From positions 1-64,000 of the forward strand of contig JBNPEG010000086.1 in NCBI GenBank assembly GCA_051117555.1: a stretch of 64,000 nt of DNA. Reading direction: 5' to 3'. Shown one piece after another: positions 42,506 through 53,588 of this stretch (position 1 is its first letter; each line of letters opens with the position of its first letter). This stretch comes from Elainellaceae cyanobacterium. GTDB taxonomy: Bacteria; Cyanobacteriota; Cyanobacteriia; CAZCXK01. The position numbers were made by a program, and so were the translations under genes. The notes under the pieces were generated by a model that worked only from the letters and a program-made list of their open reading frames with translations, was not told the DNA's origin and ran no database searches.

Positions 42506-44173
42506 ATGGCAGCACTGAACCCAGACCAACGGAACTATCTCTACATTCTGGACGCAGTGCGAGTAGGCATCCACAAGCCTATTCTGGCGGCGCTGTATGC
42601 GGTTCACAATAGCCCTCGCTTATTCGATGGAGAGACCGGGCTTGGAATTGCTCCCATCAATCGCGTCCCGCCCGATCGGGTCAATACGTTTGCAGAGCAG
42701 GTGCAATATGCGGCAAACACCATCCGCAGCATGACTGAACGCCTAATTGCTCAAGGGTGGAAGGGCAATGACTTATGGGATAGCAATCAAGGTCGATATA
42801 GCGATCGCTTCATTCAGGCGATCGCAGACGGATACTCTCCTCCAGCCGACGATGTGTCGTCAGCACTCTTAGAATCATGTGATTCAGAAGAATTACTCCG
42901 GGCATACCTCGATGACATCGACATCGATTACGAAGGAACGCAACTCCCGCAAAATCTGGTATATCTGGATCGTGCCCTGCTAGAACTTGTGGACCGCATT
43001 CCTCGCTATTATCAGAGAGTCGTCCATCAGCGAGACGCGCTACTCGAAGCGTTACGCATTTGGCGCAAACTCGATACTCAAGACCAAGCTATTAGTACCC
43101 TATTTGGACGACCCAGCGGTTTTTCAAGTAGCTCGGTCGACGAAGTCCAAATTGACCGAGAATTAGTCAAATTTGTTCAAAATATTTCACCATATTACAG
43201 TGGCTATCCTCATCAGCGAGAAGCGTTGTTGAGGCTCGTTCAGCTTTGGCGTCAGCTTGATTCCCGCGAAGATGCAATTCGTTCGTTACAGGAAAGTGCA
43301 TCCGCCGAGAGCAATCTGAACATCGTTGATCCAGCCTTAATTGCGTTTGTGCAGCGCGTGCCCCAATTTTATGATGGCAAGGGGAGCCAGCGAAATGCCT
43401 TGACCGAAGCCTTTCGTCTCTGGCGGCAGCTCGATTCTCGGCGCACTGCTCTCATCGAGCTGGGTATCAATCCAGATATTCTATCCAGCAAGCAGCTTGC
43501 TCCTGAAACGGCTCAAGATGTGGCTCGTCAACTCGATCGAGAACTGATTGCATTCACCCGTCGCATTCCTGGAGCCTATCAAGAAACGGATGAACAGCGA
43601 GAGGCGCTCATTCGCTTGGTTCAACTATGGCGGGATCTCGGCGTTCGTGAAAAGGCAATTCAAGCATTGCTAGAAGACGTCAAGCGCATCAACCAAGCCC
43701 GTCGGGGATCGCCCAATGAGCCACCAGCTCCTGAACCTGCTCCTCAACCACCTCGCCCTGACCGCTGGACTCCGAACAACATTCAGCTACATGCATCGAT
43801 TATTCCAAACGGCAATTTTACGTGGGCAGAAGCCACGCGCGGAGGGCAACGGATGCCGCCCAATCAGACGACCGTGGATGCCATCGTTAGAATTGCTCAA
43901 TTGGCCCAGCAAGCACGCGATCGCATTGGCCGCCCCTTCCGGATCACAAGCTGGTATCGACCGCCCGATGTCAATCGACGCGTGGGTGGAGCATCCGAGA
44001 GCAGGCATGTCGTTGGTGATGCGATCGATTATTATGTGGATGGACTAACAGGGGATCAGATCTACCGCGCCTTAGATCCCTGGTGGGCTGGAGGTCTAGG
44101 TCGATATACAGGAAGCCGAAGCAACCTGAGCCACATCGATGCTCGTGGCTATCGAGCTCGATGGCGGCATTAA
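42506..44173 (+). CDS. Peptidase M15A (D-Ala-D-Ala carboxypeptidase-like) with N-terminal helical repeats
   Basis: SWYR...N..VGGA..S.H..G.A.D...H.D.R C-terminal domain. Confidence 0.9.
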   Translation: MAALNPDQRNYLYILDAVRVGIHKPILAALYAVHNSPRLFDGETGLGIAPINRVPPDRVNTFAEQVQYAANTIRSMTERLIAQGWKGNDLWDSNQGRYSDRFIQAIADGYSPPADDVSSALLESCDSEELLRAYLDDIDIDYEGTQLPQNLVYLDRALLELVDRIPRYYQRVVHQRDALLEALRIWRKLDTQDQAISTLFGRPSGFSSSSVDEVQIDRELVKFVQNISPYYSGYPHQREALLRLVQLWRQLDSREDAIRSLQESASAESNLNIVDPALIAFVQRVPQFYDGKGSQRNALTEAFRLWRQLDSRRTALIELGINPDILSSKQLAPETAQDVARQLDRELIAFTRRIPGAYQETDEQREALIRLVQLWRDLGVREKAIQALLEDVKRINQARRGSPNEPPAPEPAPQPPRPDRWTPNNIQLHASIIPNGNFTWAEATRGGQRMPPNQTTVDAIVRIAQLAQQARDRIGRPFRITSWYRPPDVNRRVGGASESRHVVGDAIDYYVDGLTGDQIYRALDPWWAGGLGRYTGSRSNLSHIDARGYRARWRH

Positions 44174-44335
44174 TTTTATTAGTGATAAATTTTCCTGAAT
44201 CAGGGTGCCTATTCTTGTATAAGCCTTTACATGGTTTATTCCTGATGGACTTCTATCAATTAGGGGAATCCTCTTTAATGTAGGGCTTCCTAACTGCTAG
44301 GCATCGTTACTGGTTTGTATTCAGCGAAACTCACT

Positions 44336-45091
44336 ATGTCAGCTTATATTCTCCTTGTTGAACCCAGATTGGCGCAAACTCCGTCTTCTCCTCCGGCGAA
44401 GTTCCGTGCTGATCAAATGTGGATGATTTCGTCAGGGGTTCTTTTTATTTTGTTGATTGCATCGATTGTTTATACCAACATCACAGTTAATAAAATTCAA
44501 AAAGAAAAGCGATTCGAGGAATTTAAAAATCGTGAACTCCACAGAAAGCTGAAACTTTCGTTGCAAACGATTAGCAAAATGGAGAGAAATCCAGATTTAA
44601 TTTATTCCAGAGAATTTAATCTCGACTATCTCAGAATGCGAATGGAAGAAAAAAAATTCCACTTCGCAATCGTCAATCAAATCAAAATTAAGGTTAAAGA
44701 AAAAATTTCGGTTGCACTGCGCCCTTCGCAAGCCAATCAAGGCTTAGTAGGAATTGCCAGCACGGGGCGGCAGGTCGATGAAATCTTTGATGTCGAATAT
44801 AACTTGAGCGATATTATTGATGGGAAGCGAGGTGTTTTATTCCGAATTCAAATTCGGCTGACCAAAATTCCAACGCAACCAACCTCTGTAACCATTAGCC
44901 AGATCATCGACTGCCTTGAAACCTATATGAGCAACAAAGCCGATCATGATACGTGGCAACCTACGATTCAGGGTCGCATTGCATCGGTCCATTGGGATCA
45001 AAAGGCAAAGCCGACTCCGTTGCTAGTGTTAGAACAATCCAACGAAGGGGTTAATGTTACGTTTCGAACCACTCGGATGGTGCGAAGCTAA
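44336..45091 (+). CDS. Hypothetical single-pass membrane protein
   Basis: Long ORF with one TM helix followed by a coiled segment. Confidence 0.75.
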   Translation: MSAYILLVEPRLAQTPSSPPAKFRADQMWMISSGVLFILLIASIVYTNITVNKIQKEKRFEEFKNRELHRKLKLSLQTISKMERNPDLIYSREFNLDYLRMRMEEKKFHFAIVNQIKIKVKEKISVALRPSQANQGLVGIASTGRQVDEIFDVEYNLSDIIDGKRGVLFRIQIRLTKIPTQPTSVTISQIIDCLETYMSNKADHDTWQPTIQGRIASVHWDQKAKPTPLLVLEQSNEGVNVTFRTTRMVRS

Positions 45092-45235
45092 CTCTAGGCG
45101 CGCTAAAAATTTGCAAGTGTAGGTCTATGTGCGCTGGCAACCTGCACTATAAATCTTTAGTGAATTTGTATCGAGGGGATTGCGATCGCCCGGTAAACTA
45201 GGTCAAGCTCAAACGATACATTTTCTAATTCAACT

Positions 45236-46801
45236 ATGCCAAGCGATCGCGCCCAAGAAACTCTTAGACGGGCTCGCAAACTCCGACTCAGCCCAACTCC
45301 TCGAACCCTCAGAGATTTCATCGGGCAAGGCGACTCCACCGATCTCTATCGCTTTAAGTCCCGAGCAACTAGTCAGATTGACTTAACGTTGTCCAAACTC
45401 AGGGCTAATGCGAATGTCGAAATTTATCAAGTCAAAGGTAAGCTGCGGAACGTCCTTCGAAAAATTGGGCGCATTGACTTTGATGACCTCAGCCGTCGAG
45501 ATATTCGGCGCAATCTCAGACGAATAGGCCGTTCGACCCGAAAGGGCAAACGCAACGAGACACTCAGCCTAGATGTGGGGCCGGGTACATTCTTTGTACG
45601 GGTCTACCCCAATAGAAATCGAGACAGCACCCGATATCGGCTGCGTATATCCGCAACGCCAGAAGCACTCCCAGTTTTGGATAGCGTCGGCAATACTCTC
45701 GCTGATGCGACTCAGATTCCATCGGAGTCAACGGTGAATATCTTTGCAGATCAAATTGGAGTATCTGATCCGAGTGATGTGTATCGCTTTGATTTGGGCG
45801 ATCGCAAGAAGGTGTTCCTCGCCTTAACCAACTTGCAAGCCAATGCCGATCTGAATCTTCTAGACAGCACCGGAGCCCTAATCAAAAATTCTGCAAAGAT
45901 TGGGGTTGAATCAGAAGCGATTGTTCGCAATCTAAAGGCGGGCACCTACTATATTCAGGTGGTTCCTCAAGCAGGAAGCACCACTCCCTATACGCTGACC
46001 TCATCGATAGCTGATTTAACAACGACAACCCTATACAATGGCGTCAATCTGCCCGCGGACACGGTTCCCCAGTCGCTTGCGTTGGGGCAGTTTCCCATTC
46101 CTGAGACGCTCGCTCCGATTCCGATCAATCTGCTGCCTCCAAACATCAGAGACTTTTTTGGCGATCCAATACCCGAAACCTACGTGCCGGGAATTGGAGT
46201 GAACATCAACTCTCAATTCTCAACAACCAACCCGAATCAAGGCTATGTTGGCTATTCCAACTATCAGCCTGACCTGAGCTCCATCAATACAGTCGAACTT
46301 TTGGGCGCAAATAGTCTAGATGACTTAGACGTTGATTTCAATTTGGTCAATTCTCTCTTTCCAGTGCTCGACGCATCAGTCGGCTACACCCTCGAATTTA
46401 CCCTGACGCTCAACTCTGAGACGAGCGGTGCTAATCGAGCAGGCTTTAGCTTAATCATGATGAATAATACAGCACAAGGCGTTGAGCTAGCCTTTAAGGG
46501 CGATCGCATCTTTGCTCAATCTGCTAACTTCACAGAAGTTGCGACTGAGAGCGCACCACTCAGTTCCATCGGTAGAGCCATCAACTACACGCTTGATGTC
46601 AGCGATACCAACTATGAGCTATTTGCAGACGGAACATCGCTTTTCTCTGGATTGCTGCGTGACTTTAATTTTGATCCGGCACTCAGCGATCCGCCGTTGC
46701 CGTTTAGCCCGTACGATCGTCTCAATTTTCTATTCTTTGGCGATAACACAGATCAAGGGCACGCTGATTTCACACTAGGCCCCATCTCCTTGTTTACGTA
46801 A
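45236..46801 (+). CDS. PPC-domain extracellular protein with choice-of-anchor-Y-like C-terminal domain
   Basis: Two D.YRF...L.ANA.....G.Y...V PPC-like units; RAGFS and FFGDNT C-terminal motifs. Confidence 0.7.
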   Translation: MPSDRAQETLRRARKLRLSPTPRTLRDFIGQGDSTDLYRFKSRATSQIDLTLSKLRANANVEIYQVKGKLRNVLRKIGRIDFDDLSRRDIRRNLRRIGRSTRKGKRNETLSLDVGPGTFFVRVYPNRNRDSTRYRLRISATPEALPVLDSVGNTLADATQIPSESTVNIFADQIGVSDPSDVYRFDLGDRKKVFLALTNLQANADLNLLDSTGALIKNSAKIGVESEAIVRNLKAGTYYIQVVPQAGSTTPYTLTSSIADLTTTTLYNGVNLPADTVPQSLALGQFPIPETLAPIPINLLPPNIRDFFGDPIPETYVPGIGVNINSQFSTTNPNQGYVGYSNYQPDLSSINTVELLGANSLDDLDVDFNLVNSLFPVLDASVGYTLEFTLTLNSETSGANRAGFSLIMMNNTAQGVELAFKGDRIFAQSANFTEVATESAPLSSIGRAINYTLDVSDTNYELFADGTSLFSGLLRDFNFDPALSDPPLPFSPYDRLNFLFFGDNTDQGHADFTLGPISLFT

Positions 46802-48008
46802 AGCGTGCAGAGGGCAAGATGAGCATGGCATCTCCAAAAGAATAGAAGCGGTAGTTGTGGGCGATCGCCTCTTGATAGAGAGTCAGCAGACGGGGGCGCC
46901 CAATTAGTGCGCTGACCAGCATTAGCAAGCTTGACTTCGGTAAATGAAAGTTTGTAATCAATCCTTCAACGACTCGCCACGTATACCCTGGATAGATAAA
47001 TAAATCGGTTTTGCCACAAAATGGGTGGATCTCCCCATCCTGGGCAGCCGCTTCCAGCGACCGAACAACCGTTGTGCCTACTGCGATAATGCGTCCTCCA
47101 TTGGCTTTAGTGCGCTGAATAGCGGCTACAGTCTCTTTGGGGACATCGACCCACTCTCCATGCATCGCATGAGCGGTAATGTCTTCAGAGTCGACGGGGC
47201 GAAATGTCCCGACTCCAACGTGCAGAGTTACAAAGGTATGTTGAATATTCGCCTGCTGGAGTTGCTCTAGAAGTTCTGCCGTGAAATGAAGCCCAGCCGT
47301 AGGAGCCGCAACAGCACCCAGGCGATCGCCATATACTGTTTGATAATGTTCTGAGTCTACTTGAGTGTTAGTAATGTAGGGCGGTAAAGGCACTTGCCCC
47401 ATATGAGGTAAGACCTGCTGAAGCAATGTGCCGTCTGGCAGGTGAAACTGAATGATACGCCCTTTTGTCGCTGGGTCGGTTGCGACCACGGTTGCGTCTA
47501 AAACAGTTGCGCCTGACGGGGTATTTAGAGACGCGATCTGATCATTGGATGATGTCGCAGAAATAGGGGAGGGCACCTCGAATTGAATATGAGCACCTGG
47601 CTTGAGTCGGCGACCTGGCTTAACGAGTGCAAGCCATTGATTGGGTTGATGTTCTTCTAACAACAACAGTTCGACTGCTGTACCGCCTGGCTTGCGTCCA
47701 TAGAGTCGGGCAGGTAGTACGCGAGTGTTATTGAGGACTAGCAAGTCTCCGGGCTGTAGGAGATTCGGAAGCTCCCGAAAAATATGATGGGTGTGATTAG
47801 TCAGATCTTGTACGACCAGCAATCGAGAGCGATCGCGCGGCACAACAGGCTGTTGAGCGATGCGATCATTCGGCAAGTCGTAATCATACGAGCTAAGACG
47901 CCAATCCGGATGATCAGAGTCAACCTTGTTCTCGATGTCTTGATGGTCATTAGAAAATGGAAACGCTGGATCTGGGACAAAAGGTCGAGCCATATTCATA
48001 GGAGTCAC
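46794..48008 (-). CDS. queA: S-adenosylmethionine:tRNA ribosyltransferase-isomerase
   Basis: [28 protein letters not shown] and YSFGDAM motifs. Confidence 0.97.
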   Translation of the reverse strand: MTPMNMARPFVPDPAFPFSNDHQDIENKVDSDHPDWRLSSYDYDLPNDRIAQQPVVPRDRSRLLVVQDLTNHTHHIFRELPNLLQPGDLLVLNNTRVLPARLYGRKPGGTAVELLLLEEHQPNQWLALVKPGRRLKPGAHIQFEVPSPISATSSNDQIASLNTPSGATVLDATVVATDPATKGRIIQFHLPDGTLLQQVLPHMGQVPLPPYITNTQVDSEHYQTVYGDRLGAVAAPTAGLHFTAELLEQLQQANIQHTFVTLHVGVGTFRPVDSEDITAHAMHGEWVDVPKETVAAIQRTKANGGRIIAVGTTVVRSLEAAAQDGEIHPFCGKTDLFIYPGYTWRVVEGLITNFHLPKSSLLMLVSALIGRPRLLTLYQEAIAHNYRFYSFGDAMLILPSARFT

Positions 48009-48143
48009 CGAAAGATCGATAGAGATTTGGGGAATGGGGGATCTTCCCTATCTCCACCCAAGCAAGGTCGGGTGGTCTTCCCCTATTGCTTTATCAAGTT
48101 TCTCGCAAAGATAGAAGTGTAGCATTTGCTTGAACCTTCAACG

Positions 48144-48533
48144 ATGGAATATACCTATTACCTCGCGAATGCCAGCCTTACACTCAGAGTCGTGGAATTT
48201 CTCCATTCAACTCTATGGCTTCCTGTTCGCTTCATGACCGTGATTCACCAAATTGATGGCTGGGTCATCAAAATCAAGCTTAATCGGCAGCTTGGCATTC
48301 AGCAGGATGGGGACTTGCGAGCTTTCCTAAACGAGCTAGGGATTCCGTATGAGCCTGAAATTCGGGTTCGCATGGCGTTCTGGGGCTTGGAAACAGGACA
48401 GTCTCCGGTCGATGTAATGCGGCGTTATCAAGTGGCAGTCGTCTCCCATGGCGCTCCAGATAGTGAAGAAATTGAGGCTTTTCGTAAGCAGTTTGTTCAA
48501 GGGTTGGGCTACTGTCCGGAGACGTTAGCCTGA
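48144..48533 (+). CDS. Conserved cyanobacterial hypothetical protein
   Basis: MEYTYYLANASLTLR...GLGYCPETLA; clean ATG ORF. Confidence 0.75.
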   Translation: MEYTYYLANASLTLRVVEFLHSTLWLPVRFMTVIHQIDGWVIKIKLNRQLGIQQDGDLRAFLNELGIPYEPEIRVRMAFWGLETGQSPVDVMRRYQVAVVSHGAPDSEEIEAFRKQFVQGLGYCPETLA

Positions 48534-48581
48534 ATATTCTTGCTGATTTGGGGTGTCTAACCTGATGGTAATTCAAAGGTG

Positions 48582-48610
48582 AAGGGGATGTACCGTAGGT
48601 GCGTCCCCTT
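48582..48610. terminator. Hairpin between convergent genes
   Basis: AAGGGGATGTACC-GTA-GGTGCGTCCCCTT. Confidence 0.6.
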
Positions 48611-48621
48611 TCGAATGTTTT

Positions 48622-49197
48622 TCATTGAAGCGATTCGAAATTGCACTCAAATGCACCCGAGATATAGTGTTGAAGGCTAAATTGGTAGCCTTCTTTTTCG
48701 ATCGCTCGCTCATGCTGGATTGGTGGTTTCGGGGACGACGCGGATGGAAGGGGCGACCCAGTTGATTCTAATTTGATTTGGGTCGACCGAACTGAATAGG
48801 GTTTGCATGAAACCAACGCAACATCAAATTGGCAAGGGTTTTGTTCAAGCTCAGGATGCTCCACTAGAAACAGTTGGGCAGCCCGCCAAAGCTTCGCTTG
48901 TTTTTGGGGCGTGATTGAGAATAGCCCGTTAGCATCCCAGTTGCCGCGACTCCGAACTTTGACCTCGACAAATATAGTTAGGGGAGACTCATTCTCAGCG
49001 GATTGGGCAATCAGATCCAGTTCCCCCCATCTACATCGCCAGCGTCGCTGCAAAATTGCCCAGCCACGGCACATTAGCCACTGAGCTACCCAATCTTCTC
49101 CAAGGCGACCGAGATCAGGGTTAGGGCGCTTCGACGAAGGCATCTGAGTCTGGGCATCAGAGGTCATACATTCTCCTGATATGAAGGGGCGCATCAA
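48622..49197 (-). CDS. YraN family (UPF0102) endonuclease-like protein
   Basis: G..GE, GELDLIA, FVEVK.R and FDV motifs. Confidence 0.9.
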   Translation of the reverse strand: MMRPFISGECMTSDAQTQMPSSKRPNPDLGRLGEDWVAQWLMCRGWAILQRRWRCRWGELDLIAQSAENESPLTIFVEVKVRSRGNWDANGLFSITPQKQAKLWRAAQLFLVEHPELEQNPCQFDVALVSCKPYSVRSTQIKLESTGSPLPSASSPKPPIQHERAIEKEGYQFSLQHYISGAFECNFESLQ

Positions 49198-49209
49198 AAT
49201 TCATACTAT

Positions 49210-49251
49210 GAAACGCAATTTGGGAAACGCAATTTGGGAAACGCAATTTGG
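49210..49251. repeat. 3 x 14-bp perfect tandem repeat GAAACGCAATTTGG
   Basis: Direct reading; lies in a divergent promoter region. Confidence 0.95.
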
Positions 49252-49336
49252 CATAGGGAACAGATGTCTTTGAGAAAAGGCAGGCAACACATTCCGGTAC
49301 TATCAGAATAGTGATTGTTCGCTGTATTGTTTCAGT

Positions 49337-49903
49337 TTGATAGCGTTTAGCATCATGTCTCGATTCTGTTTTGATTCCCTGAAACGGCTACGCCTGCGAT
49401 ATAGGGGCTTAAGCGTTAAACGGTATCGCTTATTGGCTCTATGGATTATTTTAATTGGGGCGATCGCCACCAGTCTGGGATATGCCCCGACTGCTTATGC
49501 AGAAAACTACGACAAACAAAGTTTGATCGATGTCGATTTCTCAGGGCAGGACTTGACTGATTCTAGCTTCACCAAAGCAAACCTCCGCAGCAGTGATCTT
49601 AGCGAAACTAATCTAAGAGGCGTTAGTTTCTTTGGCGCTAATCTTGAAGGTGCCACTTTATATGGATCTGACCTCAGTTATGCAACCCTGGATACGGCCC
49701 GGTTTGTGAATGCCAATCTGACGAATGCCATTCTTGAGGGAGCGTTTGCGTTCAATACCAAATTTGATGGCGCTACGATTGTGGGTGCAGATTTTACAGA
49801 TGTGTTGCTGCGCCGAGACATGCAAGAAAAATTGTGTAAGGCCGCCCGAGGAACCAATCCAACCACGGAGCGAAGCACCCGAGACACGCTGGAATGTTGG
49901 TAA
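49337..49903 (+). CDS. Pentapeptide repeat protein (exported/lumenal; start uncertain)
   Basis: AYA signal cleavage site; A(N/D)LXX repeats; LC..A.GTNP.T...TR.TL.C tail. Confidence 0.92.
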   Translation: MIAFSIMSRFCFDSLKRLRLRYRGLSVKRYRLLALWIILIGAIATSLGYAPTAYAENYDKQSLIDVDFSGQDLTDSSFTKANLRSSDLSETNLRGVSFFGANLEGATLYGSDLSYATLDTARFVNANLTNAILEGAFAFNTKFDGATIVGADFTDVLLRRDMQEKLCKAARGTNPTTERSTRDTLECW

Positions 49904-49923
49904 CATTCAGCAGTTATTCGGAG

Positions 49924-51918
49924 CTAAACCGATGATTGGGGTTTAGTTTCGGTAGAGTTGATCCAGTGATCTGGATCTGCCACTTGAAATAAATCTTCGA
50001 AGCTGATTGAGCGATGCTGATCAAGTTCGGCAATGCGATGTTTTTCGGCATAAATCTGTTGTTGGTAATATCGGCATAGGTCAGGCTCGGCTGAAATTTC
50101 GGTCTGAGTCCACAAGTTGCGAAAGTGACGGTATCGTTTCTCACACATGACTCGTTCTAAACAATCTGTTGCCGCTTGGATAACTAGGGAAGCTCGCAAA
50201 ATATCTCGCTGTGTTTTTTCGTCGAGTTGAAAGAGATGAGCCACCGGATCGAGCAATGCTGAATCCTCGGCACAGCGATCGCGCAGTCGAGCGATCAAGT
50301 CTTTTTGGAGAATTCTAGGGGTGTCAGATGGCAAATTTGAATGAGCGTCGAGTTCTTCGGCGGCAATGAGGTCTAAAATATGCCGCCAGATCGCTCGATG
50401 ATGGGACAAGCTAAACTGCAAGTCGCGTTCGTCGATGGCTTTGACAACCTCGTCCCGATAGTCTGGAGCGTGCAAATAAATTCGCAGCAGCGTCGCTTCT
50501 GCCTGGTCTAAAAAATCAGTTGCCACCAGCAGCGATCGCGGCATTTCAGAACCATCAGGCGATCGCCGTCGCTTACGTCGCACCTGGGCGAGTAAATTAT
50601 CAGCCAGGAGCGGCACCAGTCGAGCATCCCCTCGACTCAGCAATTCTGCACATCGACGAATGTAGTGCGTACGGGTGTTGGCATTGGCGATATCCCCTAG
50701 AAGACGCACTAACTCTTGGGTTACAGTATGAAACTGCTCAGCTTGATCGAGATCTCGGTGCTCAAATGCGGTGTCAATTTGCCAGTCAAGCCAAAGAGGA
50801 GCCTGATCGAGGAGAGCCTGATAGTCAGCAGAAGTATGGCTTTGGAGATAATCATCCGGGTCTTTGCCATCGGGAATATTGAGGACTCGGAGCTGAATCT
50901 CACCCCGGTATGCTAGGCGTGCGGCTTCCCCAATGGCCCGCTCTGCTGCTTTAGCCCCCGCCGCATCAGCATCAAAATTAAGAATGATTTGCTTAGATTC
51001 GGTATAGCGCAGTAGTTGCTTGATTTGAGCCAGACTCAGAGCAGTACCGAGCGATGCAACCACAGACTCAATACCTGCGGCATGGAGAGCGATCGCATCA
51101 AAATAGCCTTCAACCACAACCGCCCGATCATGTTGGGCGATCGCCGTCTTGGCTTTGTTGAGCGCAAACAGAGTTTTGCCTTTGTCAAATAGCTCTGTCT
51201 CAGGCGAATTGAGATATTTGGGGTGAGTATCTCCCAGCGCTCTGCCACCAAACCCGATGACGCGCCCCTGCACATCCTGAATCGGAATCATGAGGCGATC
51301 GCGGAATCGGTCATAATAGCCGCGATCGCCCGATCGCGGCACAATCAATCCCGCTTTTTCAACAAGTTCAACCGGGTATCGCTTTTGCTCGACAAGATAG
51401 CCATAGAGCGTTTGCCACCCCGCTGGAGCATAGCCGAGCTGAAACTGCTGAATCGTCACCTGGCTGAGCCGTCGGGAGGATAAATAGTCGAACGCAGCCT
51501 CTCCCTGGGGCTGATGGAGCGCATGTTCATAAAACCGAGCCGCTAATGCAACAATCTCGTAGAGCTGTTCTCGCAGGGAAAGCTGTCGCTGAAGTTCTTG
51601 TCGTTGAGAAGGCTCAAGCGTTTGCACAGACACGTGATATCGATTTGCCAAATCGAGTACAACATCTGCAAACGGGCGCTTTCCGAGCTCCATGAGAAAC
51701 TTAATCGCATTCCCTCCTGCGCCGCAGCTAAAGCAGTAATAAAATTGCTTGCTTGGGCTAACGCTAAAACTCGGAGACTTGTCATCATGAAACGGACAGA
51801 GCCCAATAAAGTCTTTCCCCTGCTTACGCAGCACCACATGCTCAGACACCACATCTACAATGTCAGCCTTTTCTTTGACCTGCTCGATGGTATCGGGATG
51901 CAAACGGGGAATATCCAT
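49924..51918 (-). CDS. dnaG: DNA primase
   Basis: CPFH zinc finger, FGGR, KYLNSPET, VEGYFD and D.D.AG motifs. Confidence 0.97.
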   Translation of the reverse strand: MDIPRLHPDTIEQVKEKADIVDVVSEHVVLRKQGKDFIGLCPFHDDKSPSFSVSPSKQFYYCFSCGAGGNAIKFLMELGKRPFADVVLDLANRYHVSVQTLEPSQRQELQRQLSLREQLYEIVALAARFYEHALHQPQGEAAFDYLSSRRLSQVTIQQFQLGYAPAGWQTLYGYLVEQKRYPVELVEKAGLIVPRSGDRGYYDRFRDRLMIPIQDVQGRVIGFGGRALGDTHPKYLNSPETELFDKGKTLFALNKAKTAIAQHDRAVVVEGYFDAIALHAAGIESVVASLGTALSLAQIKQLLRYTESKQIILNFDADAAGAKAAERAIGEAARLAYRGEIQLRVLNIPDGKDPDDYLQSHTSADYQALLDQAPLWLDWQIDTAFEHRDLDQAEQFHTVTQELVRLLGDIANANTRTHYIRRCAELLSRGDARLVPLLADNLLAQVRRKRRRSPDGSEMPRSLLVATDFLDQAEATLLRIYLHAPDYRDEVVKAIDERDLQFSLSHHRAIWRHILDLIAAEELDAHSNLPSDTPRILQKDLIARLRDRCAEDSALLDPVAHLFQLDEKTQRDILRASLVIQAATDCLERVMCEKRYRHFRNLWTQTEISAEPDLCRYYQQQIYAEKHRIAELDQHRSISFEDLFQVADPDHWINSTETKPQSSV

Positions 51919-52126
51919 AGTCGCTTTGTATTACACAATCGTTAGAGTCATAGGAAGAATCTTTGGTAAAGTATACGCTCTATCTAGGAAAAGTAGAAAA
52001 GATTAAGAATAAAGGCATGAGGCGATTATGCTTGAACTTTGACCCTCGATGACTCTATAACGGATTTTGACGCGAGAAAATAAGCGAACAGAACAGGATT
52101 CTGGCACACGAGGATTAACGAACAAA

Positions 52127-53515
52127 ATGGGAAGAATCTTTATCTCGGCGGGACATGGCGGGCAAGAGAACGGAGTGCTTGATCCAGGCTCAGTAGCGGG
52201 CGGGACAACGGAAGCAGCGGAAATGATCGCACTCCGCGATTTGATTGTTCCAGAATTGCGATCGCGCGGGTTTGAGACGCTCTCAGTTCCAGATGGGTTA
52301 AGTCTAGTTCAATCAATCGACTGGATTAATGCTCGCAGCCGACGCGGCGATATTGCTCTTGAACTGCATGCTGATTCATTCAACAATCGTGAGGTGCGAG
52401 GCGCGACCGTTTATTACATCACTCACAATGACGAACGTAAAAGCCATGCAGAACTGATGCTGCTCGCGCTGCTACGCCGTGTGCCTGAACTGCCCAGTCG
52501 AGGCGCCCAACCTGACACAACAACCAGCACTGGACGCCTTGTATTCTGTCGGTGGATTGTGATCCCGTCGTTACTCATGCAAGTTGGGTTTCTGACGAAT
52601 CCTCAAGACCGAGACTTGCTGCAAAATCGTCGCAGAGACTTTGCAGTCGGTATCGCAGATGGGCTCGCTGCTTGGAGTCGAGCAGTTTCTGGCGGTTCCC
52701 CATCTCCCTCTCCAAGCCCAGCGCCAGTCCCCGCACCTGCGCCTCCCAGTCCGACATATCCTCCGATTAATATCAACATCAATGGCGGCTTTTATGGGGA
52801 GCCAGGCATCATCGTGAACGGCAATGCCTATATTCCGATCGATTTGGCGGATCAATTAGGGATTGATCTGTCTCAAGCTCCCACTGTTCATCGCATTCGT
52901 TATCAGAATGTTGTATACATCAAAGCAATCGAGCTTCGAGATTTTAATATTTCCGTAGCCTGGGATAATGCCAATCGAACCATTATTTTGCGATCGATTG
53001 TGTCTATTTGCCCGGGTGAGTTTGACCGTATCCTTGGACGCGGTAAAACGTCAGAAATGCAGCTCATCATGTTTCTCAAAGTCAATAATGAGGCAGGGCT
53101 CAATAAATTTCCTGATTTGCCTAAGCTATATCGAGAAGAATCCACGATTGAAAGTATCAACTACGATATCGCATTCTGCCAGATGTGCGTTGAGACAGGG
53201 TTTCTTCAATTCAAGGGAGACGTTAAGCCCGAACAAAACAACTTTGCAGGGTTAGGCGCTGTCGGTGGAGGCGCTGCCGGAGCAACGTTTCCCAGCGCTC
53301 GTATAGGGATTAGAGCCCAGATTCAACATCTCAAAGCCTATGCCAGCACCGAACCGCTGGTACAGGAGCTCGTCGATCCTCGATTTCGATTTGTAACACG
53401 CGGAGTTGCCCCCCTTGTTGACCAACTGTCGGGGCGCTGGGCTGCTGACTTAAATTACGGCACTAAAATTCTCGCGATGTTGAAGCGGTTATATGAATTT
53501 ACTGACTTAATGTGA
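52127..53515 (+). CDS. tftA: Amidase_3 + glucosaminidase-like cell wall hydrolase (TftA-like)
   Basis: SAGHGG...E...LHAD amidase motifs; C-terminal ETG, NNFAGLG and WA motifs. Confidence 0.7.
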   Translation: MGRIFISAGHGGQENGVLDPGSVAGGTTEAAEMIALRDLIVPELRSRGFETLSVPDGLSLVQSIDWINARSRRGDIALELHADSFNNREVRGATVYYITHNDERKSHAELMLLALLRRVPELPSRGAQPDTTTSTGRLVFCRWIVIPSLLMQVGFLTNPQDRDLLQNRRRDFAVGIADGLAAWSRAVSGGSPSPSPSPAPVPAPAPPSPTYPPINININGGFYGEPGIIVNGNAYIPIDLADQLGIDLSQAPTVHRIRYQNVVYIKAIELRDFNISVAWDNANRTIILRSIVSICPGEFDRILGRGKTSEMQLIMFLKVNNEAGLNKFPDLPKLYREESTIESINYDIAFCQMCVETGFLQFKGDVKPEQNNFAGLGAVGGGAAGATFPSARIGIRAQIQHLKAYASTEPLVQELVDPRFRFVTRGVAPLVDQLSGRWAADLNYGTKILAMLKRLYEFTDLM

Positions 53516-53588
53516 TCTGCCACTTCGCATGGCTCGTCAGGCACTTGCACGCTAGCTTCGGCTTTTTGGAATCCACCCATCAAAGCAG

